Positions 7,893 to 14,232 of a stretch of DNA of 34,884 bases are shown one piece after another; positions within the stretch are counted from its first letter, which is position 1; each line of letters begins with the position of its first letter. The notes beneath the pieces are model-generated. The model made no database searches, was not told the DNA's origin, and saw nothing but the letters and a program-made list of their open reading frames with translations. This DNA comes from a virus. The position numbers and the translations under genes are program-made. Location of the stretch: IMG/VR virus record IMGVR_UViG_3300045988_174060, positions 1 through 34,884 of that record, one strand, 5' to 3'.

Positions 7893-8315
7893 ATGAACTT
7901 AAAAAAAGAACACCTCGTACCCCCGGGCAGCGTGCCCGACGCCACACGCATACTTACGAATGTGGCCTACCTCATGGGCGATGTGACCAACACCCTCATG
8001 ATGGACGCACAAAGCCGCGTGGAGCGGCTCGGCTTCGACCTCAAGCACGACTGCAAGCAGCGCTGGCGCATGGCCGTGCACCAAACCGAACTGGCCAAAA
8101 GAGCCTGGGCCAGCTTTGCCCGCGAAATGTACACCCTCGAAGATGCCGCACAGGCCTGCGACGACAGCGACTACTTTGCCGACCTAATCCTCCTCATTGC
8201 CGACCGCGTGGGCGACAACCACCGCCGGCAACAAATGGTGCGCAACATGATTAAACGCCTCAAAAGCGAAGCACACATCTACGACGAACTCACACAGGGG
8301 CGGGCAGGCTTCTGA
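7893..8315 (+). CDS. Hypothetical protein (early region)
   Basis: 140-aa ORF. It starts directly after a right arm and has backbone-like composition. Confidence 0.6.
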   Translation: MNLKKEHLVPPGSVPDATRILTNVAYLMGDVTNTLMMDAQSRVERLGFDLKHDCKQRWRMAVHQTELAKRAWASFAREMYTLEDAAQACDDSDYFADLILLIADRVGDNHRRQQMVRNMIKRLKSEAHIYDELTQGRAGF

Positions 8316-8322
8316 CACGCCG

Positions 8323-8430
8323 TTTCAAGTTTGAAGTTTTAAGGTTATGAGGTTATAAAGTCACCTCTGCGAGTTCAACCACTGACCCCGACCTCTTAAA
8401 TCTTCAAATTCCCCCCCCAACTTTTCAACT
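8323..8430 (+). repeat. Composite intergenic element, copy c1 (dialect B arms, GAGTTC core)
   Basis: Left arm GGTTATGAGGTTATAAAGT. Core ACCTCTGCGAGTTCAAC at 8363-8379. Confidence 0.8.
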
Positions 8431-8566
8431 TTACTACATAGGGGGATAGAAAAAACAACATAGGGCGGTAGAAAAAACTATCCCCCTATGTCGTTAAAAC
8501 GATATCGACTGAGAGAAAAAACGCGTCGCCTATACAATTAAAACGCGTCGCCTATGTAGTAAAGTT
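8427..8566. repeat. Nested inverted- and direct-repeat cluster (CATAGG-type motifs)
   Basis: Outer inverted repeat AACTTTACTACATAGG (8427-8442) with CCTATGTAGTAAAGTT (8551-8566). Inner inverted repeat CATAGGGGGATAG (8437-8449) with CTATCCCCCTATG (8478-8490). A related CATAGGGCGGTAG lies at 8459-8471. ACGCGTCGCCTAT occurs twice as a direct repeat, starting at 8521 and at 8543. Confidence 0.75.
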
Positions 8567-8686
8567 GAGAAGTTTATAAGTTGAAAAGCTTATGATGTCA
8601 CCTCAGCTATTTCAACTACTTAAACCGACCTCTTAACTCTTCAACTTTTCAACTTTACCCATAAACTTATAAACTCCAAAATTCCC
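8561..8686 (+). repeat. Composite intergenic element, copy c2 (degenerate core)
   Basis: Left arm AAAGTTGAGAAGTTTATAAGTTGAAAAGC. Degenerate core ACCTCAGCTATTTCAAC at 8600-8616. Right arm CCTCTTAACTCTTCAACTTTTCAAC. Confidence 0.7.
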
Positions 8687-8986
8687 ATGACACTACTCAC
8701 CCTCCTCCCCCTCGGCCTGCTGGCCCTCATCATCGCCACCGCCACCGCCTACCACTACGGCTGCCGACGCACACAGGCCACAGCCGACGACCAGATGCGC
8801 CAAGTCACAAGCAACACCCGACTCGCAGCCTACGACGAAGGCTACACCCGGGGCTACGACGACGGACACAAAGCTGGAAAAGATGAAGGCTTCAGCGACG
8901 GCCGACGCTACGAAGCCGCCACACACCACAACCAGCAAGTAATAGAGGCCGAAATAGCACGACACCTCAAACACCCACGCCAATGA
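8687..8986 (+). CDS. Small membrane-anchored protein
   Basis: 99 aa with an N-terminal TM segment LLTLLPLGLLALIIATATAY. Confidence 0.55.
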   Translation: MTLLTLLPLGLLALIIATATAYHYGCRRTQATADDQMRQVTSNTRLAAYDEGYTRGYDDGHKAGKDEGFSDGRRYEAATHHNQQVIEAEIARHLKHPRQ

Positions 8987-9234
8987 ACACACCCAAACTA
9001 CACTCCAGCATCAGCCAGCACGACGCACTGCGCCTGCTCGAAGACGGGGAACCGCACCGCCTGCGCGTGTGGAAACTCTCAACCGGCGACATACTCACCT
9101 ACGAGGGCGCACGCTGCATAGGCGGGCACAAGCGACGCGGCACACACCGCATCAGGCTCCCGCAGTCGGCACTCATTCGCGAGTTCCGCGACTGCACACT
9201 ATTTGAGATTGACCACATGACCATATACTGGTAA
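8983..9234 (+). CDS. Hypothetical protein
   Basis: 83 aa. Its start overlaps the upstream stop as ATGA, suggesting translational coupling. Confidence 0.55.
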   Translation: MNTPKLHSSISQHDALRLLEDGEPHRLRVWKLSTGDILTYEGARCIGGHKRRGTHRIRLPQSALIREFRDCTLFEIDHMTIYW

Positions 9235-9237
9235 GGC

Positions 9238-9349
9238 GAAAAGTTGAGGAGTTGAGGAGTTGAAAAGTTGAGAAGTTTCCTCTGCTTGCACAACTCTTAA
9301 AAGCGACCCCTTAACTTTTCAACTCTTAAACTCCTAAACTCTTCAACTC
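9238..9349 (+). repeat. Composite intergenic element, copy d (TTGCAC)
   Basis: Core TCCTCTGCTTGCACAAC at 9278-9294. The arms flank it and the right arm abuts the ATG at 9350. Confidence 0.85.
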
Positions 9350-9700
9350 ATGCTCCTCCTCCCCACCATACCCGATGAATGGCTCACCCCCCAAGGCTTC
9401 AGCCGCCTCTACCGCGAGGGCGGCGAAACATTCCGCACATTCGCCCGCCAAGTGTACGACTACCTCGAAACCATGCACCCCGGCCGCAGCGTCACCTTCC
9501 GTCGCTACCAAGGCTCGCCAAAACTCGAGTGGTGCGTGCGCACGGCAGCCATCTTCCTGCTCACCGCCGACCACTGGCGCCAATACGACCTCATGGACGA
9601 CCGCATAACCATACGCCGACACCGCACACCACCCACCAACACCCACTACCGACCCACAGCCACCATCAGCCAAGCCACACGCCGCATGTACGGCAAATAA
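9350..9700 (+). CDS. Hypothetical protein
   Basis: 116-aa ORF starting immediately after the right arm. Confidence 0.55.
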   Translation: MLLLPTIPDEWLTPQGFSRLYREGGETFRTFARQVYDYLETMHPGRSVTFRRYQGSPKLEWCVRTAAIFLLTADHWRQYDLMDDRITIRRHRTPPTNTHYRPTATISQATRRMYGK

Positions 9701-9706
9701 ATTTGC

Positions 9707-9762
9707 AGATACTACAAATATGTTATACAAATATTTGGCCATATAACATATTTGTAGTATCT
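9707..9762. promoter_or_regulatory. Perfect 21-bp inverted repeat overlapping the hicA promoter; candidate operator
   Basis: AGATACTACAAATATGTTATA (9707-9727) pairs with TATAACATATTTGTAGTATCT (9742-9762) across a 14-nt spacer. Confidence 0.7.
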
Positions 9763-9765
9763 TTG
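9734..9765 (+). promoter_or_regulatory. Canonical Bacteroidota promoter
   Basis: TTTG at 9734-9737, then 20 nt, then TATCTTTG at 9758-9765. Confidence 0.65.
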
Positions 9766-9809
9766 TATTGTGAAAAGAGAACTAAAGTATAACCCCTAAA
9801 ACCAACTTG

Positions 9810-9992
9810 ATGAAATGGAATGAACTAAAGAAACAAGCACTGCAACATGGATTTGAACTCAGCCGCCACGGCAAGGAGCACGACATCTATGTAAACCACG
9901 CGAAAGGCATAACCATACAAATTGAAAGACATGGGAACGCCGAAGTAAAAAAAGGCCTGTACTTCAAACTAAAAAAGCAAATAGGCTTTTAA
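9810..9992 (+). CDS. hicA: HicA-family mRNA-interferase toxin
   Basis: 60 aa. MKWNELKKQALQHGFELSRHGKEHDIYVN...IERHGNAEVKKGLYFKLKKQIGF fits the HicA/YcfA pattern. AT-rich. Confidence 0.75.
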   Translation: MKWNELKKQALQHGFELSRHGKEHDIYVNHAKGITIQIERHGNAEVKKGLYFKLKKQIGF

Positions 9993-10066
9993 CCTACACC
10001 AGAGCAAGGGAGGGCAACCCCCCACCCTCCCTTGCCTGCCACATTATAAAGGAAAGGTACAAAAAA

Positions 10067-10480
10067 ATGGAAAAAGCACACTTTACAGTAACAATCGAAA
10101 AGGACACCGACGGCACCTTCTTAGCCTACAACACCGACAACAGCCCATACACACTCATAGGGCGAGGCCACACGGTAAAAGAGGCAAAAGCCGACTTCGC
10201 CAACTCCATGGCCGAAGCAAGAGCCGACGAAGAACAGCGCGCCGGCAAAGCTGCCCCCATACTCAAGGCCGACCCCGTGTTCAAGTTTGACGTGTCCACC
10301 CTCTTCGACTACTACAACATGCTCAACGTGAGCGCCTTCGCACGATACTTAGGCATTAACGAAACACTCATGCGCCAATACAAAAGGGGAGGCACTTACA
10401 TATCAGACACACAACTGCAAAAAATTGAAGAAGGGCTGCACAAATTAGGCGCCGACCTCATCAGTACAAAGTTACTTTAG
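10067..10480 (+). CDS. hicB: HicB-family antitoxin with a C-terminal HTH
   Basis: 137 aa. The N-terminal fold motif FTVTIEKDTDGTFLAYNTD...GHTVKEAKADF is HicB/UPF0150-like. C-terminal HTH ARYLGINETLMRQYKRG. Lies directly downstream of hicA. Confidence 0.75.
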   Translation: MEKAHFTVTIEKDTDGTFLAYNTDNSPYTLIGRGHTVKEAKADFANSMAEARADEEQRAGKAAPILKADPVFKFDVSTLFDYYNMLNVSAFARYLGINETLMRQYKRGGTYISDTQLQKIEEGLHKLGADLISTKLL

Positions 10481-10505
10481 TTTCCCCCACATTCCATTTC
10501 ACACC

Positions 10506-10538
10506 GCCCGGCACGTCACCCCACGTGCCGGGCTTTTT
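10506..10538 (+). terminator. Intrinsic terminator of the hicAB moron
   Basis: GCCCGGCACGT-CACCCC-ACGTGCCGGGC followed by TTTTT. Confidence 0.75.
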
Positions 10539-10623
10539 CGTGCCCACACGCCGCCTTAAATCCGTAAAATTGACCAATCCCGAACCACTGAGAGGGAAGA
10601 AAGGTTTTACCACACCCCCTAAA

Positions 10624-10918
10624 ATCGTACTTTTTTTTTGTAATTTTGTATCACACTTTGTATCAAACAAAGAAAAGTATTGAATATCAATAAAATAAGT
10701 AAGAAAAAAAGGTGATACAAAACCCGATACAATTCTGATACAATTTTTTCCCGAAATGTATCACCCCCCGTTTTGTATCAGCCCCCGCCCCCCTGATACA
10801 ATTTTATTTTGCCCGATACAAAAATGTATCAGCCAAAGAAGAAAAATGTATCACTTGAAAATCAGATAGTTACGCTACAAAATTACGCTGATACAAAATT
10901 ACAGAAAAAAAGTACGAA
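10624..10918. repeat. AT-rich array of 12 TGTATCA/TGATACA heptamers bounded by 29-bp inverted repeats
   Basis: TGTATCA starts at 10647, 10659, 10757, 10774, 10825 and 10847. (T/C)GATACA starts at 10713, 10725, 10736, 10794, 10814 and 10889. The flanking inverted repeat 10624-10653 versus 10889-10917 has one internal mismatch. Confidence 0.85.
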
Positions 10919-11012
10919 ATTCGACCTCAGCCAGATTACAGGAAAAACACACCGCACGCACTACGCCACGAACCAAGCCCGAAAAACGACAAAAAGAACA
11001 AGGGTAAAAGTT

Positions 11013-11110
11013 GAAAAGTTTAGGAGTTGAAAAGTTTAGAGGTTACCTCTGCGAGTTCAACCTCTAAAACATTCCTCTTAACTCTTAAACTTTTCAACTC
11101 CTCAACTTTA
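11013..11110 (+). repeat. Composite intergenic element, copy e (GAGTTC)
   Basis: Core ACCTCTGCGAGTTCAAC at 11045-11061. ACATTCCTCTTAAC box at 11069-11082. Confidence 0.85.
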
Positions 11111-11130
11111 ATTTTCCCCCCTCCCCACAC

Positions 11131-11643
11131 ATGAAAGGCCTAACCGTATACCTCCGTCTTGAGCCATACCTGCGCCAATGGCTTACCCACCACTTTGGCA
11201 GCCCCGTGCGCTTCCCGCCACGCTCCTACGAGAATATGCTCCTCCACCGCCTGCTCTCACGCCCCGCAGCTGGAGCCACCACCGCCACGGGGCCAACCTG
11301 CCCGCCCGACAGCGTGGCAATAGTCATAACCGACCACGCCCAGCGGCGGCCCGAATACTGGTGCCACCTCTCACGCAGGGCACAGGCCGAAATGGCACGC
11401 GCCGTGGCCAACCTCTTTTGCCTCGCCCTGTGGAGCGAGTGCGTGTGCCTCATACACAGCGGCACACTCAACCGCGGCATCGACTCATGGTGTCAGGCCA
11501 ACGGCATTGCACTCATCTACCGCGAGGGCGTAAGGCAGAAGTTTTACCGCATGCGGCGCCTTTATGCGCAGAATGGCGTAATTCTTGGCAAAAAATATAC
11601 CCACGCAAGTGGTAATAATCACACACACACCACCCACCCATGA
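11131..11643 (+). CDS. Hypothetical protein in the small-terminase position
   Basis: 170 aa. Its stop overlaps the terL start as ATGA. No motif was recognised, so the TerS role rests on position only. Confidence 0.6.
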   Translation: MKGLTVYLRLEPYLRQWLTHHFGSPVRFPPRSYENMLLHRLLSRPAAGATTATGPTCPPDSVAIVITDHAQRRPEYWCHLSRRAQAEMARAVANLFCLALWSECVCLIHSGTLNRGIDSWCQANGIALIYREGVRQKFYRMRRLYAQNGVILGKKYTHASGNNHTHTTHP

Positions 11644-13262
11644 GCACCCCCACACCCCAACAAATATACATGAACCGCATGCAGCGCGAAGTGTGCGCCA
11701 TCGACGCCCACACCAACGTGATAGTGGCCGGCCGAGGCACAGGCAAAAGCATGCTGCACGCCTGGATCAACCTGCGCAACATGCAGGCCATGCCACGCAG
11801 CACCACCGCCTTTGTGTGCCCCACAGCCATCAGGGCAAAGACCAACACGCTGCCCTCAATGTTCGAGCACTGGGAGAAATGGGGCTACCGCCGCGGCCTG
11901 CACTGGGACATAGGCCACCGTCCGCCACGCTCGCTCGACTGGCCCGCGCCACTCGTCACACCCGACAACTGGGAGAACATCATCACCTTCTATAACGGTG
12001 CCATTGGCCAGATAGTGAGCCAGGACCGCGTGGGCACCTCCAACTCAAAGAGCTTTGACTACATAGACATTGACGAAGCCAAGTTTGTAGACTACGAGCG
12101 GCTGAAGGACGAAACCTTCCCCGCCAACCGCGGGCAGCAGCGCGAGTTTGGCGACCTGCCCTTCCACCACGGCATGCTCATCACCTCCGACATGCCCGTG
12201 TCGCGGCGCGGCTCATGGTTCATGCGCTATGCCGACCAGTGCGACACCGAACTCATAAGCACCATTGAGGCCCTGGTGGCCGACGAGCAACAAACCATGC
12301 AGCGCATGGCCCAGGGCGACACCACCCCCTACCTGCCCGAGCGCATCAAGCAAACGCGCCGCCTGCTCGCCTCGCTCCGCCGCCGCGCCACACTCTACCG
12401 CACCTACTCCAGCCTTACCAACATCGAAGTGCTGGGCGAGGCATGGGTGCGACAGATGCGGCGCGACCTCACCCCCATGGTGTTCCGCACCTCCATACTG
12501 TGCCGCCCCATCGAGGTGCTAAAGGACGGCTTCTACTCCTCAATGCGCCCCTCACACCGCTACACCTCCACCGACTACCATGTGGTCGACGCCCTGGGCT
12601 ACGACTTCAAGGCACTCACCCACATGGCCGGCACATGCAAGGCCGATGCCGACATCAACCGCGGCCACCCCCTGTGCATAGCCTTCGACTTTAACAACAA
12701 CATCAACTGGCTCGTGGCAGGCCAGCCCGACGAGGACCGCCGCCGCCTCAATGTGCTAAAGTCATTCTACGTAAAGTACGAGCGCAAGCTGCCCGCCCTC
12801 ATAGCCGACTTCTGCCAGTACTACGACCCGCTGCCCATGCACGAGGTCGTGTTCTACTACGACTCCACCGCCCTCGGCTCCAACTACGCCGTCAACGATC
12901 AGGACTTCCGGTGGGTCATCACACACGAGCTGCAGCTGCACGGCTGGCGCGTGCGCCCCGTCTACATAGGCGCCCCCATGCGCCACCTCGAAAAGTACCA
13001 GCTCATCAACCGCGGCTTCGACGGCAAGGCCCGCCTCATGCCATTCTTCAACGAGCCCAACAACCCCGACCTGCTCATCTCAGTACAAACTGCCGGCGTG
13101 TACAACGAAAAGAAGGACAAGCGACGCGAAAAGCTGGCCGAGACCGACGAGGACCGACTCGAAAACCGCACCGACGGCTCCGACGCCTTCGACACCTTAT
13201 ATATAGGCTGCGAACGTTTCCCCCAGCAGCCCGTGCAGCTCGTCGTCACTGGCGGCGGCTGA
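11640..13262 (+). CDS. terL: Terminase large subunit
   Basis: 540 aa. Walker A VAGRGTGKSM and Walker B FDYIDIDEAKF, with a C-terminal nuclease-sized domain. Confidence 0.8.
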   Translation: MSTPTPQQIYMNRMQREVCAIDAHTNVIVAGRGTGKSMLHAWINLRNMQAMPRSTTAFVCPTAIRAKTNTLPSMFEHWEKWGYRRGLHWDIGHRPPRSLDWPAPLVTPDNWENIITFYNGAIGQIVSQDRVGTSNSKSFDYIDIDEAKFVDYERLKDETFPANRGQQREFGDLPFHHGMLITSDMPVSRRGSWFMRYADQCDTELISTIEALVADEQQTMQRMAQGDTTPYLPERIKQTRRLLASLRRRATLYRTYSSLTNIEVLGEAWVRQMRRDLTPMVFRTSILCRPIEVLKDGFYSSMRPSHRYTSTDYHVVDALGYDFKALTHMAGTCKADADINRGHPLCIAFDFNNNINWLVAGQPDEDRRRLNVLKSFYVKYERKLPALIADFCQYYDPLPMHEVVFYYDSTALGSNYAVNDQDFRWVITHELQLHGWRVRPVYIGAPMRHLEKYQLINRGFDGKARLMPFFNEPNNPDLLISVQTAGVYNEKKDKRREKLAETDEDRLENRTDGSDAFDTLYIGCERFPQQPVQLVVTGGG

Positions 13263-13308
13263 TGCACGCCGTGCCCAAGAAATAATACAAAAAAACTTAT
13301 TGATTTTC

Positions 13309-13339
13309 TTTGATAATAAGTATATTATTATTATCTTTG
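13309..13339 (+). promoter_or_regulatory. Canonical Bacteroidota promoter
   Basis: TTTG at 13309-13312, then 19 nt, then TATCTTTG at 13332-13339, in a very AT-rich spacer. Confidence 0.6.
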
Positions 13340-13376
13340 CAGTGTAATAAAAACAAAGAAAGGAGGTGTACAATGA

Positions 13377-13514
13377 ATGACTAAGAAAGAAAAAGTAACA
13401 GCAGCCAAAGCGATAGTAATGCTTGCAGAGTTGGCCAACACAACAAAGCACGACTACATCAAAGCCGAAGCATTAAGACTTATCGAGGAACTTGCTGAAG
13501 CAATCGAAAGCTAA
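13377..13514 (+). CDS. 45-aa mini-protein (below the ORF-track cutoff)
   Basis: Encodes MTKKEKVTAAKAIVMLAELANTTKHDYIKAEALRLIEELAEAIES. AGGAGG lies 11 nt upstream. The ORF sits between a promoter and a hairpin. Confidence 0.45.
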   Translation: MTKKEKVTAAKAIVMLAELANTTKHDYIKAEALRLIEELAEAIES

Positions 13515-13520
13515 AACAAA

Positions 13521-13546
13521 GGGCCCGCACAAGGGCGGGCCCATTT
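13521..13546 (+). terminator. GC hairpin (terminator or attenuator)
   Basis: GGGCCCGC-ACAAGG-GCGGGCCC followed by ATTTT. Confidence 0.55.
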
Positions 13547-13561
13547 TAACCAACTACCACA

Positions 13562-13870
13562 ATGACACACACCGAAGCAACAGAAAAAGCGCGCCAGCTA
13601 CTATCCGCCGAAAGCGAGGGCGCAGTATGGCTCGCCATGATAGACACGAGCGAGTTTCTCAACCTCTCGGGCGTGGCCCGAAAATACTTCGACCGCTCGG
13701 GCAACTGGCTGCAGCAGCGCTTGCACGGGTACAAGGTTAACGGCAAGCCCGCCACCTTCAAGCCCACAGAGCTGCAACAACTCAGCCAGGCCATGCGCCA
13801 CATGGCCAAAGTGCTCGCCACCTCGGCCGACAACATAGACAAGGCCACACACACAACTCTTAACTCTTAG
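13562..13870 (+). CDS. Conserved small protein, paralog of 34277-34519 (possibly DUF5053-like; family name from memory only)
   Basis: 102 aa. The segment VARKYFDRSGNWLQQRLHGYKVNGKPATFKPTELQQLSQAMRHMAKVLATSADNI aligns by eye with VANQYFHKSSSWLYHKLNGIDGNGGTGGFTPAEREQLRQSLRDLAQRINHCADNI, sharing about 23 of 55 identities. Confidence 0.65.
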   Translation: MTHTEATEKARQLLSAESEGAVWLAMIDTSEFLNLSGVARKYFDRSGNWLQQRLHGYKVNGKPATFKPTELQQLSQAMRHMAKVLATSADNIDKATHTTLNS

Positions 13871-13909
13871 TCATTCACACCCCACTCATTTGTTTTTATT
13901 ACACCCCCA

Positions 13910-13947
13910 GCCCGCCAGCCTCACCCCGAGGCCGGCGGGCTTTTTTT
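13910..13947 (+). terminator. Intrinsic terminator
   Basis: GCCCGCCAGCC-TCACCCCGA-GGCCGGCGGGC followed by T7. Confidence 0.8.
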
Positions 13948-14232
13948 CGTCCTTTCGCCGCCACGCCGCCACACTTTACCGGCATATACCGCCCGCGCGC
14001 CCCCCTCCAGCCGGGCGCGGGGCGTAGGGCATTGGGGGGTCGAAAAGCTGACAAAGCGCACCATTTCAGAGGCCGCCAGGCCCTGATGCCCACTAAAATG
14101 GGACAAACTGCCGCCCCGTGTGCCGCAAGCGCGCAAGGAGCGGCCCAAAGGCGGGCGGGTGTCTTTTACAAGCCTATATATATAGCTGTACATTTGCCCA
14201 CAACTTTTAACCATTTAACACACACGCTACTT

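Noticed and set aside
10461-11030. ORFs 10461-10670 (-) and 10809-11030 (+) across the heptamer array, both containing the peptide DTKLQKKST.
   Set aside because: The shared peptide is a by-product of the 29-bp inverted repeats. The sequence is AT-rich, low-complexity and repeat-dominated, so the region is called as non-coding repeat DNA.
13492-13740. 82-aa ORF 13492-13740, and the ORFs 2071-2259 and 13899-14214 (-).
   Set aside because: They cross clear terminator hairpins or occupy GC-rich non-coding spacers. They are out of frame with the motif-bearing neighbours, and their translations are low-complexity.
14032-14232. Upstream extensions of ORF-track entries: 14032 for the protease, 33995 for the mini-ORF, 3391 for the membrane protein, 2700 for the 91-aa ORF and 27364 for the moron protein.
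   Set aside because: The extensions run through terminators or promoters or overlap the preceding gene. Internal ATGs give products that begin at sensible N-termini such as MPRTYH, MKQKTF, MKKTVI, MEAKNR and MLTLFV.
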